DNA of 64,000 nt from a virus. Taxonomy: Duplodnaviria > Caudoviricetes. Below, one piece after another: positions 48,237-59,048 of this stretch (positions within the stretch are counted from its first letter, which is position 1; each line of letters begins with the position of its first letter). The notes beneath the pieces are model-generated. The model ran no database searches. It saw nothing but the letters and a program-made list of their open reading frames with translations, and was not told where the DNA came from. The stretch lies in IMG/VR virus record IMGVR_UViG_3300025389_000010, positions 1 through 64,000 of that record. One strand, given 5' to 3'. Made by a program: the position numbers and the translations under genes.

Positions 48237-51200
48237 TTACAATAAGCCTAAACCATGATAAATGTCATATGACAAGATTCTATCAATCATTTGTTCATTT
48301 CCAACCCATTGTAAATAACTTGATAAGTTTTTATTTAACGTAGTAAGATCGTTTTGCCAATCTATAATACCGTCAATTTGTTTTTGATCATTACCGGGAA
48401 TGAATTCATAAAATTCATAAAAATCATTCCATGCGCTACCGGTCGATTGGTTTAATTTTAAGAAAATTACAAGTTCTTCTAAAGGATATTGCATTATTTT
48501 TATATTATTTCCAACGTAAGATAATAATCTTGGATCTAATTTTATTAGATAGTTATTCAAGAAGTTTATAGTGTCTATTGTATTTTTTATCTGATCTGGC
48601 AAAATATTTTGTGGTAATCTGCTTGTACTACCTTGCCAATAAGCTAAAGCATATTGAATTGTTCGTGAATTAACACCTGTTATCAAATCGTTTGCAACAG
48701 CATCAACCATATATCCAACATCTCTCTTACACTTTGCGCTAAGAGCACCAGAAGCATCAGGAGAAACACTGTATTGTGTTACCAAATAATCATTGTCATA
48801 AACATACTGTGCGACAGTTTGTCGAATAATGTCTCTATTTAAATCAATTGCATCAGCAAGAAGTCTATCCTCTGTTTTTGGATATCCGTTTGGAATGTAT
48901 GGTTTTAATGCACCTTGATTTTGTAGAGGGAATATAATATCGTCTATTCTATTTAAAACATCTTGGTTTCTATCGGAACCCATTTTTGTACTAGAAAGAA
49001 TACCTGTTAATGTAAACGTTGGCACATTTTTAGGGATGTCTTTTCCGGTAATATAATAACCCAACGCTTGAATTGCAGCAATTGTAGGTGCCACTTCATC
49101 TGACGGTAATGTTGGTACACTGCTGTTATAATTAGGTGCTTTTGTTAAAGTTCCCTTGAAATATAGATTTCCTACTTCAATTGATCTGTGGTTTGTATTA
49201 TTTGCAATGTCCGCAGCTATGGCATCAATAATGTATCCGGTATCTCTGTAACATTTCAGAGAAAGAGCGGTATTTGTTAATACACTTGGAAAGTTATATT
49301 TTACAAAATTTACTATTTGATCTTGTAAATTTGATTTGTATTTTAAAATATTTGCACTTGCATTTTTATATGCATCAGAATTGATGGCACCACCGGGTGT
49401 GGTTCTTGGTACATTGTTTATGCTTAAAATAATTTTATTAAAGTTTTCAAGAATATTTGAAATTTTACTTTTTTGAATTGAACTTAAATTATAAGAATTT
49501 TTTTGTAAAACATTTATTATTGTTTTCTTTAAATAATTGATAGTATCAATAGTTTTTTGTTTTTGATTTGGTATAGCCGTTTCGGGTAATCTACTTGTGC
49601 TTCCTTCCCAATAAGCCAAAGCATATTCGATTGAACGTGCAACAACACCAGTTCTTATATCACTTATCACTGCATCAAGCATTAAACCAACATCTCTGTT
49701 GCATTTTGCGGTTAATACTGGATCAGGATATATTTTTGTCAAATATTGTTTAACTTTTACATAATCAGCAACAGCGTTTTGTATTTCTTCTTTTCTTGTC
49801 AATAATTCTTGTCCAAGTTGGATGTCATTTTTTAAGGGATTACCTTGTGGTAAATAAACTTTTGTTTGACCGTTATTTTCAAGTGTGTATATTATATCTT
49901 TTAATCTATATGTTACATCTTGTGCTCTATTTACCATATCATCTCCGGAGAGAACACCTGTTGTTGTAAAGGGAGTTGGATATTCGGGTATACCTTTACC
50001 TGTTATATAAAAATTTATAGCACTTATTGCAGCTATTGTTGCTGTTATCTGATCTGATGGTAATGATGGAATGCTGCTATCCGGATATGTTAGTTGTGTT
50101 CCTAATGTTCCATTAAAATAAATATAAGATACGTCTATGGATCTATGATTTGCATTGTTAGCAATATCCGCAGCAATAGCATCAAGAATAAAACCAACAT
50201 CTCTATAACATTTTGCAGAAAGTGTTGGGAAAAGAGGATCATCTTGTAAATAACCCGACTGTACAACATAAGCAGACATATAATTTTGAATCGCTGCTCT
50301 GTTTTGTATTAAAAATTGACTTGTTTCTATATCTTGTTGAGTTGGGCTACCAGCAGGAACATAGCTATTAAGTTGTCCGTTATTTTGTAAAGGATAAACA
50401 ACATCGTCTACCCTATTTGATAAATCTGTTTGTCTATTGATTAGATTACCGCTTGATAAGATTCCAGTATATGTAAAAGAAGGAATACCTGTCGGTATAT
50501 TTGTACCATTGATATAATTCTTTAACATGCTAATTGCATCTATTGTGACTAAAATCTGATCTGATGGTAAAGTTGGTACACTACTATCATAGTTTGGAAG
50601 GCCCATCAAGGTACCTTTAAAATAAATGTTTCCTACTTCAATTGATCTGTGGTTTGCATTATTTGCAATGTCAGCAGCTATGGCATCAATAATGTATCCG
50701 GTATCTCTATAGCATTTTGCTGATAAAGTGCTATTACTTAAAGTTGTAGGATATTGATAATATACATAGTCTACAATTTGCTGTTGTAATTGAGATTTAA
50801 ACTGAAGAATTGCATTAGAAGCATTTGCATAAGAATCATCACTAACAATACCAGATGGTGTGGTAACAGGAACATTATTTTGATCTAAGATGATATTAAT
50901 AAAATTTTGTAAACTATTTTTTATTTCATCGTATTGTGTTTGTGAAAAATCTTGAATATTAGTTTGACATAAATTTTCTATATAATTTCTAAGTTCCGCT
51001 ATCGTATCAGTTGTGTTTTGTATTTGATTGGGTATAAGATTTTCTGGTAGTCTGCTTGTGCTTCCTTCCCAATAAGCCAAAGCATATTGAATTGTTCTGG
51101 AAACAACACCAGAAGATAAATCATTTGCAAGAGCATCAATCATTAAACCTATATCTCTTTTGCATTTTAAAAGATTTGCACCGTTTTTATCTAAAGCTGC

Positions 51201-54200
51201 TGGAAAATAATAATCGGCATAATCAACAATTTGTTGTTGTATTTGTGGTTTAAAGTACAATATTTTTTGACTAGCTATTTGATAGGATGAATCTGTAATG
51301 TTACCACTTGGTGATGTTTTTGGTGTGTTTGTGTTGTCTAAAATAATATTTCTAAAATTATCTAAACTTATTGTTATTTTATCAGGTGGAAGTTGAAACA
51401 ATGGACCAGTTTGTATTAATTCATATTTGTTTAATGATTTTGTTTTTAAAACAACTGGTGTACCAGCACTTACTTGATAGTTTATTGTTAATAATTTTCC
51501 TTTATTTAAAACACCTTCATTACTTTGATTTATAAAATTATTTTGGTTCATTGCTGATGAACCCCATAATCTAGATTGGTTAATTGAAACCAAATCCATT
51601 ATTCTCTTTGTATTGCTTGGATAATTTATTCTATAATCATTTGTGTTTTCATCCAATATGTCGGACATGTCATAAACATGGTTTATATTTGCAGTATCTA
51701 TGTCCTTTGTGTTTTTTATAAAATTTGATATTTTTTCATATGGAAAAATACCGAGATCAAAATGTGAAAAAGGATATGTTCCAAAAATAGAAGGTATAAA
51801 TGAATTTAAAAGAACCTCGCTTTCATATAAAGAAGGTATAAAAGAAAAAGATTTAATCTGTGCAGCAAAATCAAAATTTTCATTGATCTTAAAAAGATCT
51901 ATTTTATTATCCAAATATAAAGGAACTGGTGACAGTACATTGTCAACTGTTATATCCAAACCATAATTTGTTTCTATTAATCTATTATAATTTGTTACAA
52001 GTAATGATTGGCTTTGTTGCAATGAAGAAGAATTAGATTGAAACACATCAAGTGTTCTGGAAACACCGCTTAAATTTAAAAAAAGAGTTGAACTGTTATA
52101 GTTGGCACGATAAACATATTTGTTAAGCCATTTGAAACCTGTCCAATCACCATAGGCTTGTGCTGATTTTTGCCATTGATTATATTCTTTTAATGTTCTT
52201 GTATATTCCCCGTTTGTGTAAAAAGTAAAACCTTGTGGGTTTATATAAAATTTTTCTGAAAAATCTACTATTTTTGAATCAAACACATAAATTTGATTTT
52301 CTATTGAATTTATAACATATATGTTTCCTTTTAAATCACAGGCTATACCTTCAATTGCAGTTTCTGATGTGTTTTTGGATGGTGTTGTTAAATAACTATC
52401 AACACCAAGTGATGCATCGGTATAAGAAGATAACGAAAAGGTTACATTTCTTGCATTTTGATTATTAAGATAACCTATTTCATTATATCCAAACGTATAC
52501 CATAAATTTTGATTGATATCCAAAGCAAGATTATTAACACCTTTTATTGGTCCAAAACTACTCAAAAGAATACCATCTGTATTTCTTTTTTCAATGTAGC
52601 CGTCTGTATCCCAAATTGTATTTGATAATGCAATCCAAACATTGTTTTCACTGTCAACAATTATATCTTGTGGACATGATTCTGGATCATATGTTATTGT
52701 GTTTAGTAAATTACCATCTGTATCAAATTTAATTAAAATACCACTTGCATAATTTGAATAACTAACCCATATATTATTATCAATATCTGTTTCAATAAAA
52801 GTAGGTTGTATTAAGTTTTCTGTTATTGTATTTGGATAATCAAAGTTATCTTTATACCAATTTAAATCTATATTCGGAGGATCTTGATAATTAATGAAAA
52901 GATTAGTATCTATAGTGTTTAAATAGTTTCCTTCTGCATCAAATTTTAAAACTGATGTGGTGTCATATAATGTCATCCATATGTTTTTATTACCATCTAA
53001 TGATATCGATGCAGGAGAAGGATATGGTAAAGTTTCATACTGTCTACTTGTTGTTTTTGGTAAACCAGTAACTGAATATATATCTATAGCACATAGGATT
53101 TGACCATTTGTTGCAAACTTATAAAGATAATTTAAATCACCATCACATGCCCATGCATTAAATTCAGGAAAAGGTAATACCGCAATACTGTTTATATCAT
53201 GATGACCAGAAGTTGCATATGTTCCCGCTAAAAAATCTTGATTAATAACAGGAACATCAAAATTATAAATTTGTGCTTTTAATAAATTTCTAGAATCTTC
53301 TAAAAAGGAATATTGTGAATTATATTCAACAATTGACACGCAACCAGCATTTGGATTTGATATCCAAAGTTTAGGTGAATAATCATTTCCAAACAAATTA
53401 GGTGTGCTTAAAGATGTACTTGCTGTTATAGCACACCCTAAGGTTGTTTTCATATAAAAGTCAAAATGGTTTTTATTATATCCGGTTGTTAAATAACCAT
53501 TTTCATCATTATAATATATATTTAAATCATTTAAAAATATCGCACTAACCGCTGTTGTTTTTATAAAATGTGTTCCACTTAATAATACAATATCTGTATT
53601 AATAGCTATTGTATTATCACTTTCAGAAAAAGGATGTGTTTTACAAAAATTTGAGTGTGTGTTTATTGGTGTTATCTGGTTACCTGATGGTATATAATAA
53701 TCATATTTGCTATTCCAGTTTAATGTATATACAATTGGTTGTGTAGCAGCAATCCATCTTGGGTTTATAAAATCACGAATTCCATTTTCTGAAATTTTAA
53801 TATACTCCGGTGGTCTATAATGAAAAATATGAGGTTGTATAGCAACTGCAAAACTATTGCTTTCCTTCGATGCTCCTATATAATTTAAATTAGGATCATA
53901 ATAGTTTATAGCACTTGTTTGTAATGTTGCAACAATACAAGTATAAGGACCATTGTCCATAGCTAAATCAAAATTATACCAATCATCGACGAAATAAAAC
54001 TCAGCGTACCCACTGACACCTATAAAATTTCCAGTTACTGTGCTTACTAAGCCATTTTTATCCAAATATAAAGGAGTATCAATTGTTTTAATTGCACTTA
54101 TTTTGTTTCCACTTAAATCTAAAAATCTGAATTCTGATCTTAAAAATGACCATTTATTTAAAATATCCTGTGGATGATAAGATCTTGAATATTTTGAATC

Positions 54201-54347
54201 TAAAAAAACATAATGGTCATCATCATTTGATGATGATATTACAATACGAAATGGATATCTATTAATATGACCGGCTAAAGTAGGAGGCGGTGCATAATCA
54301 AAGTATATAGATTCATTTAAAATTGATGGTATTGAATATGATTGCAT
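48237..54347 (-). CDS. 2036-aa baseplate/tail-associated protein with beta-propeller and six KCxRD helical repeats
   Basis: Propeller motifs SISLDGNKNIW, IETDIDNNIW, IVDSENNVW; six KC.RD.G...DA...D repeats at about 48640-51170; adjacent to gp6. Confidence 0.75.
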   Translation of the reverse strand: MQSYSIPSILNESIYFDYAPPPTLAGHINRYPFRIVISSSNDDDHYVFLDSKYSRSYHPQDILNKWSFLRSEFRFLDLSGNKISAIKTIDTPLYLDKNGLVSTVTGNFIGVSGYAEFYFVDDWYNFDLAMDNGPYTCIVATLQTSAINYYDPNLNYIGASKESNSFAVAIQPHIFHYRPPEYIKISENGIRDFINPRWIAATQPIVYTLNWNSKYDYYIPSGNQITPINTHSNFCKTHPFSESDNTIAINTDIVLLSGTHFIKTTAVSAIFLNDLNIYYNDENGYLTTGYNKNHFDFYMKTTLGCAITASTSLSTPNLFGNDYSPKLWISNPNAGCVSIVEYNSQYSFLEDSRNLLKAQIYNFDVPVINQDFLAGTYATSGHHDINSIAVLPFPEFNAWACDGDLNYLYKFATNGQILCAIDIYSVTGLPKTTSRQYETLPYPSPASISLDGNKNIWMTLYDTTSVLKFDAEGNYLNTIDTNLFINYQDPPNIDLNWYKDNFDYPNTITENLIQPTFIETDIDNNIWVSYSNYASGILIKFDTDGNLLNTITYDPESCPQDIIVDSENNVWIALSNTIWDTDGYIEKRNTDGILLSSFGPIKGVNNLALDINQNLWYTFGYNEIGYLNNQNARNVTFSLSSYTDASLGVDSYLTTPSKNTSETAIEGIACDLKGNIYVINSIENQIYVFDSKIVDFSEKFYINPQGFTFYTNGEYTRTLKEYNQWQKSAQAYGDWTGFKWLNKYVYRANYNSSTLFLNLSGVSRTLDVFQSNSSSLQQSQSLLVTNYNRLIETNYGLDITVDNVLSPVPLYLDNKIDLFKINENFDFAAQIKSFSFIPSLYESEVLLNSFIPSIFGTYPFSHFDLGIFPYEKISNFIKNTKDIDTANINHVYDMSDILDENTNDYRINYPSNTKRIMDLVSINQSRLWGSSAMNQNNFINQSNEGVLNKGKLLTINYQVSAGTPVVLKTKSLNKYELIQTGPLFQLPPDKITISLDNFRNIILDNTNTPKTSPSGNITDSSYQIASQKILYFKPQIQQQIVDYADYYFPAALDKNGANLLKCKRDIGLMIDALANDLSSGVVSRTIQYALAYWEGSTSRLPENLIPNQIQNTTDTIAELRNYIENLCQTNIQDFSQTQYDEIKNSLQNFINIILDQNNVPVTTPSGIVSDDSYANASNAILQFKSQLQQQIVDYVYYQYPTTLSNSTLSAKCYRDTGYIIDAIAADIANNANHRSIEVGNIYFKGTLMGLPNYDSSVPTLPSDQILVTIDAISMLKNYINGTNIPTGIPSFTYTGILSSGNLINRQTDLSNRVDDVVYPLQNNGQLNSYVPAGSPTQQDIETSQFLIQNRAAIQNYMSAYVVQSGYLQDDPLFPTLSAKCYRDVGFILDAIAADIANNANHRSIDVSYIYFNGTLGTQLTYPDSSIPSLPSDQITATIAAISAINFYITGKGIPEYPTPFTTTGVLSGDDMVNRAQDVTYRLKDIIYTLENNGQTKVYLPQGNPLKNDIQLGQELLTRKEEIQNAVADYVKVKQYLTKIYPDPVLTAKCNRDVGLMLDAVISDIRTGVVARSIEYALAYWEGSTSRLPETAIPNQKQKTIDTINYLKKTIINVLQKNSYNLSSIQKSKISNILENFNKIILSINNVPRTTPGGAINSDAYKNASANILKYKSNLQDQIVNFVKYNFPSVLTNTALSLKCYRDTGYIIDAIAADIANNTNHRSIEVGNLYFKGTLTKAPNYNSSVPTLPSDEVAPTIAAIQALGYYITGKDIPKNVPTFTLTGILSSTKMGSDRNQDVLNRIDDIIFPLQNQGALKPYIPNGYPKTEDRLLADAIDLNRDIIRQTVAQYVYDNDYLVTQYSVSPDASGALSAKCKRDVGYMVDAVANDLITGVNSRTIQYALAYWQGSTSRLPQNILPDQIKNTIDTINFLNNYLIKLDPRLLSYVGNNIKIMQYPLEELVIFLKLNQSTGSAWNDFYEFYEFIPGNDQKQIDGIIDWQNDLTTLNKNLSSYLQWVGNEQMIDRILSYDIYHGLGLL

Positions 54348-54349
54348 TT

Positions 54350-56167
54350 TTAGTAATCAGTTATTTGGATAACACCTGTTTGCTCAATAACGGATATTCT
54401 ATTCATCAAATCATTTATCGTATTGAAAATAGGATATTGAAAATATTGAAGCTGTACATTTTGTGCATAAACGTTTATGTCTAATGTTGGATAACTTTCA
54501 TTCCACACTAAAAAGGAAATACCATTAGTGTACAAATTAAGATCACTTCTATATGTTTTGATATGATCAACACCTTCAATATTAAGAATATCAGATGCGA
54601 TTTGATTTGTATTAACAAGTTGCCCTAAAGACATATTAGCTTTTGAAAAAGCATTTGTTATGACAGCTTCTACTTCTGCTAATATACCGGATGATGTTTT
54701 ATTTGAATTTGCTTTCTTATAAATTAAAAGTTTACTATTTGCTATATCGTTTATATTTGGTGTATTGTTTGGATCTCTTACATAAAAATCAAAATACATA
54801 TAAACTGGATCAATTGGCACAAGTTCTGAAGTAAGAATTTTCATGCTTTCTATTGAATTTAAAACATATTCTTTTTGTGCAACCGTTACATATTTCTGAA
54901 CGGCATTAATAGGAACCATATACACATATATGTTGTTAAAATTACAAGATGTTGCAAATTTTATTTGATTAAATAAAACTCTATTTTCAAGCTGTGGCGA
55001 TTTCAATCCGATATCATATAGATATTTTATATGCCCCTTTAAATAATCAGTATTATTTACAACCTTAGCATCAGCCAGTATGTTGTTATAATTGTCTATA
55101 ATATAATTTTGAAAATCATTGGTGGTAACTAATCTTTGTTGAAAGGTAAATTTTTTAGCTGCATTTTTTCTTATAGAATCAACACTTTCTTCGGACAAAT
55201 ATGGATTTGACGGATAATCGTTTGATAAAGTAATGTAATTAATATTTGTTGTGTTTAACAATAAATCCGTATTAAAAATAGAATTTGTTTGAATTTCCTG
55301 ATAATTCAAACTATTGTAAAAAACAATTCCACTAGATTGACTTAAACCGTTCGCACCAATAGTTAATGCATTTGTATCTATTTCTAAATAAAAAACCAAA
55401 ACTTGATCATTGGGTGATAATTTCATACCATTGATATCATCACCAAATTTAATTTCATAATTTTGATTGGGGTTGTATCTAATTTCAAAAACTTTATCTG
55501 TTTTGTTATTTAAAAATAAATTTTCAGTTTTTGTCCATTGTTCCCATGTATTTGTAATTGAATTTTTCACATATACATGAATATTAAAATGATCTATTGC
55601 AACAGAATTTCCTAAATTTAAATATACCACTTCATTATCATTTCCAAAAGCATTATAAATAGGATATTCAGAAAAAACACCTTGGTATAAAAATAAATCT
55701 TGTTTTGAATTTTGAATCAACGATATATTCTGCTGTGAATTTGTAAAATAGATATCAGTATTAAATGAAAATTTTGTTCCTCCTACATTAACATAACTGT
55801 ATCTTGGTATTATAAAATTACCATCTGGTAAATCGCTTGTTGCTGAAATATTATAAGAAAGGGTTTGTGCAAATTTTCCTTTTGGATTATAGTTAATTAA
55901 TTTAACAATCCTATTCATGTTTTCATAAATTTGAGCTTCTGAAAACATTGATTCAGATGATGTTTTATTTAAATAATATAACAGTGTACTGAAACAATAA
56001 CTTATTACATCTATAAATGCAGAAAAATTAGATCCTTCATAATTTTGATCAGTAAAAACCTGACCTTGATTTAAACGGTCTATAATTAAATTTTTAACGC
56101 TCGTAGCATCAAAAGATATATACGAGTTTACATTAAAAAAAGGATCGTTGTTATTGTTATTAGCCAT
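54350..56167 (-). CDS. gp6: T4 gp6-like baseplate wedge subunit
   Basis: FDATSVKNLI..FTDQNYEGSNFSAFIDVISY..ESMFSEAQIYEN; ESVDSIRKNA..QQRLVTTNDF. Confidence 0.85.
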   Translation of the reverse strand: MANNNNNDPFFNVNSYISFDATSVKNLIIDRLNQGQVFTDQNYEGSNFSAFIDVISYCFSTLLYYLNKTSSESMFSEAQIYENMNRIVKLINYNPKGKFAQTLSYNISATSDLPDGNFIIPRYSYVNVGGTKFSFNTDIYFTNSQQNISLIQNSKQDLFLYQGVFSEYPIYNAFGNDNEVVYLNLGNSVAIDHFNIHVYVKNSITNTWEQWTKTENLFLNNKTDKVFEIRYNPNQNYEIKFGDDINGMKLSPNDQVLVFYLEIDTNALTIGANGLSQSSGIVFYNSLNYQEIQTNSIFNTDLLLNTTNINYITLSNDYPSNPYLSEESVDSIRKNAAKKFTFQQRLVTTNDFQNYIIDNYNNILADAKVVNNTDYLKGHIKYLYDIGLKSPQLENRVLFNQIKFATSCNFNNIYVYMVPINAVQKYVTVAQKEYVLNSIESMKILTSELVPIDPVYMYFDFYVRDPNNTPNINDIANSKLLIYKKANSNKTSSGILAEVEAVITNAFSKANMSLGQLVNTNQIASDILNIEGVDHIKTYRSDLNLYTNGISFLVWNESYPTLDINVYAQNVQLQYFQYPIFNTINDLMNRISVIEQTGVIQITDY

Positions 56168-56180
56168 TGTAATAATTATC

Positions 56181-56687
56181 TTAAACTAAGATTTGTCCTC
56201 CTATTTGTGCTATTAAATTTAATATTGATTGCTTCTGTATTTCTAATAATGTATATGAACATATAATATAATATTGATTTAAATCCGGTTGTGGTAATAC
56301 TGATATATTATTAACCTTTATTCTAGGTTCAAATGTTTCAATATTATATAATATATCATCACCTATTGCCTTCGCATAAGCTGTATTAACCGGTTCAAAT
56401 AAATATTGCTCTAGTGAACATCCGAATTGTGGGTTCAAAAGCTTTTGACCTTTTTTAGTTGTAAAAATATTTCTTATTGAATTTTTAATAGCATCTATAT
56501 CATTATCTACTATCATATCAGTAGAAACAACAGGATTTACACCTAAACCTATGTTTTTACCTATAGTTAAATCTAAATGCAAATCTGTATATACAGACGT
56601 AGATGTTGTTACGACAGAATTAAGTTGTGTTTTTTGATTTGCCGTCTGTTTTGGTCTTACTAAATTGTTTAAATCGATGATAGCCAC
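56181..56687 (-). CDS. gp25: T4 gp25-like baseplate wedge subunit
   Basis: AIKNSIRNIFTTKKGQKLLNPQFGCSLEQYLFEP..IETFEPRI; GTG start. Confidence 0.9.
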   Translation of the reverse strand: MAIIDLNNLVRPKQTANQKTQLNSVVTTSTSVYTDLHLDLTIGKNIGLGVNPVVSTDMIVDNDIDAIKNSIRNIFTTKKGQKLLNPQFGCSLEQYLFEPVNTAYAKAIGDDILYNIETFEPRIKVNNISVLPQPDLNQYYIICSYTLLEIQKQSILNLIAQIGGQILV

Positions 56688-56767
56688 GTTATATATACTT
56701 ATTTCAAAAGTTCATTTAATTCTTTTTATGATTTTGTATGTTTTGGAAGTAAATATTGATATACACC

Positions 56768-57298
56768 ATGTCAAAATTTAACAAATACAACACATTATTG
56801 GAAACTGCATTTGCTCACTATTCAAACGGTGGATTTCGTGAAGGCACACCAGTTAAATTAAAAAAGAGCTTTCTTTCTAGCCCTTACTGTAAAATGCATT
56901 ATAGTGGAGACGAGCATTTTATGGCTTTCTTGCAAGATTTGATTGAAAGGGAATATTTTTTCTTTATCAAAAGAGTTGTAGGTTATTCTGCATTACAGAA
57001 TCCTAAAGATTCCAACGATAATGAAGGTGCTGGTGACTGTTTCTTGGTTTTAAGAATGGACCCAAGAACAGTTCAGGTTCCAACTGAACTTGGTGAATTC
57101 ACTGTTCCCGGTGATTGGAACTATGTTGAAGTCCTTAAATTTGGTAATAACCTTCCTCCGGTACAAGGTGTTCCTAATAGATACGAACACCCCATTGGTA
57201 CAAGACCAGAAGTATTACCAAGCGATTCATTAGGTGTTGGAAATCAACCAACAGACAATACTTTACCAAAAGTAAACGTTAATATTAGCGTTAAGTAA
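56768..57298 (+). CDS. hypothetical protein, about 176 aa
   Basis: ORF track 56756; probable ATG at 56768 (MSKFNKY) after TAAATA at 56750-56755. Confidence 0.7.
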   Translation: MSKFNKYNTLLETAFAHYSNGGFREGTPVKLKKSFLSSPYCKMHYSGDEHFMAFLQDLIEREYFFFIKRVVGYSALQNPKDSNDNEGAGDCFLVLRMDPRTVQVPTELGEFTVPGDWNYVEVLKFGNNLPPVQGVPNRYEHPIGTRPEVLPSDSLGVGNQPTDNTLPKVNVNISVK

Positions 57299-58220
57299 GG
57301 ATATTCGTTATCCCAATCGCACAACAGAAGAAGTTGATTTCGTGGTCAACTACAAAATTGTCTCTGTACATATGCTCACCTATTTCGAGCATTAATTGTT
57401 TCTTTTTGGTTTCGGGATAAGAAGAGCCATAAAATAGATCAAAAAGATTCTTAAGTAATGTTTGATAATCAGCATTGAAGTTTTTCTCTTCATCTATAAC
57501 TTTCTTTCTGATTACGTTTATATCTGTCTTATTTTTAAACATATCATATAGTTCTTTAGACAAGTCTCTTACGAGATCATATGATTTTACAATTAAAGCT
57601 CCTGATAATGAAAACTTTTGAAGATCATTTACAATCCTTCTTATATCAGGAAAATTAGAATTTACATGCTTTACAAGCTTTCCATTTTCTTCGTCTGATA
57701 CTGTAATGTTTTCCTTCTTTAAAATTTGATGACATCTCTTTACTGTATCAAACAATTCAGGGACTATATTAAATAGCAAACACCTTGAACATATTGGCTC
57801 AATAATCTTGTTAATATAGTTAGCAGTAAGAATAAAACGAGTGGTAGAAGCATATTCTTCCATTACGTTTCTTAAAATTCTCTGTGCTTCCGGTGTAGTT
57901 CCGCAAAACTCATCCAAAATGATAACTTTCTTTTTACCATCAATTGATCTTGTTTGAGAGAACGAGATAACTTTGTTTCTTATAGTATCTACACCATTCT
58001 CGTCAGAAGCATTGATATAAAGATACTGACACTTGAGAATATCTTTGACTAAAATCTTTGCCAAAGTAGTTTTACCGGTACCTGCATTCCCATAAAGAAG
58101 CAGATGTGGCGTATCTTCTGTAATCTTTGAAAAGAAATCACGGTTTTCCTGACTCAGGACGATTTCATCCAAATGTTTGGGTGCATACTTCTGTACCCAT
58201 AAATCCTGATAATTGCTCAT
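57291..58220 (-). CDS. gp44: sliding-clamp loader large subunit (T4 gp44 / RFC-like AAA+)
   Basis: LWVQKYAP, GNAGTGKTT, INASDENG, IILDE, SRC, PDIRRIVNDLQ; TTGACA-17-TAGTAT-6nt-ATG. Confidence 0.92.
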   Translation of the reverse strand: MSNYQDLWVQKYAPKHLDEIVLSQENRDFFSKITEDTPHLLLYGNAGTGKTTLAKILVKDILKCQYLYINASDENGVDTIRNKVISFSQTRSIDGKKKVIILDEFCGTTPEAQRILRNVMEEYASTTRFILTANYINKIIEPICSRCLLFNIVPELFDTVKRCHQILKKENITVSDEENGKLVKHVNSNFPDIRRIVNDLQKFSLSGALIVKSYDLVRDLSKELYDMFKNKTDINVIRKKVIDEEKNFNADYQTLLKNLFDLFYGSSYPETKKKQLMLEIGEHMYRDNFVVDHEINFFCCAIGITNILT

Positions 58221-58251
58221 CAGAAAATACTAAACGTAATAATGTCTTTTG

Positions 58252-58422
58252 TCAACCGTTTATTAAGGATCTACCGTCTTGTGGAACATGGCTTACAACT
58301 TCTCTGACTTGACTATGTGATGTATCAACTATCTTATATGCCTCCAAAAGAGACACAATATGTTGTATTTTGTCATTTGGAATAACGTAAGTTTTGCCCA
58401 AAAAATTAATTGTTGTTGTCAT
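58252..58422 (-). CDS. 56-aa protein MTTTINFLGKTYVIPNDKIQHIVSLLEAYKIVDTSHSQVREVVSHVPQDGRSLING
   Basis: Manual translation; TGA inside the TTGACA of the gp44 promoter; absent from ORF track. Confidence 0.65.
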   Translation of the reverse strand: MTTTINFLGKTYVIPNDKIQHIVSLLEAYKIVDTSHSQVREVVSHVPQDGRSLING

Positions 58423-58451
58423 ATGCTATATTATTAGTAAATATATTTACA

Positions 58452-58943
58452 ATGTCAACTGATAATAACAATCAAGAAATTGAATCTATAATTGAAGAAT
58501 TAAAAGCGGATGAAATTAATACTCCCGTTAGACCAAAACCAGTAGAAGTACAAAAAATCGATGATGAGAATGTTGGTGAGTATGTTTACAAGAAGTCTTC
58601 TGAACTTGTTGAATCAACACTTGGTGCAATTCAATCATTAAAAGATAATGTTTTAACCGGAAGCGACCCAAAAGAGATTGCAGCACTTTCACAGCTTATA
58701 GGTGCAGCTACAAAAGCTTTAGATCAGTTAAATAAGATTAATTTACAAAACAAACAATCAAAGAATAATGTAGAAATTAAGAAAATGGAAATCGAAGCGA
58801 ATGCGAATCGTCCGCTTATTCCAAACACTACAAATGTTATGATCGCAACAAGAGATCAAGTCTTAGCTCAAATTTTTGATAAAACATCAGATAAAAAACA
58901 AGATAAACTTGAGTATATAGAAGGAGAATTCTCAAAAGAATAA
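58452..58943 (+). CDS. probable terminase small subunit (T4 gp16-like)
   Basis: Helical core ending in NTTNVMIATRDQVLAQI, like the NN..F.GST..L tail of T4-like gp16; start moved from 58410 to ATG 58452 after TAAATA. Confidence 0.55.
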   Translation: MSTDNNNQEIESIIEELKADEINTPVRPKPVEVQKIDDENVGEYVYKKSSELVESTLGAIQSLKDNVLTGSDPKEIAALSQLIGAATKALDQLNKINLQNKQSKNNVEIKKMEIEANANRPLIPNTTNVMIATRDQVLAQIFDKTSDKKQDKLEYIEGEFSKE

Positions 58944-58990
58944 CAGTTTACTCAATATACTGAGTATTTTTATTCAATTGTTTTAAATAT

Positions 58991-59032
58991 AAAAAAAGAA
59001 ACCCATCCCCTTTCGAGGATGGGTTCTTTTTT
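58991..59032 (-). terminator. intrinsic terminator after the major capsid gene, probably bidirectional
   Basis: gaacccatcctc-GAAA-ggggatgggttt hairpin with T-tracts on both strands, between convergent genes. Confidence 0.88.
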
Positions 59033-59048
59033 GATTGGTTGTTGTTGC

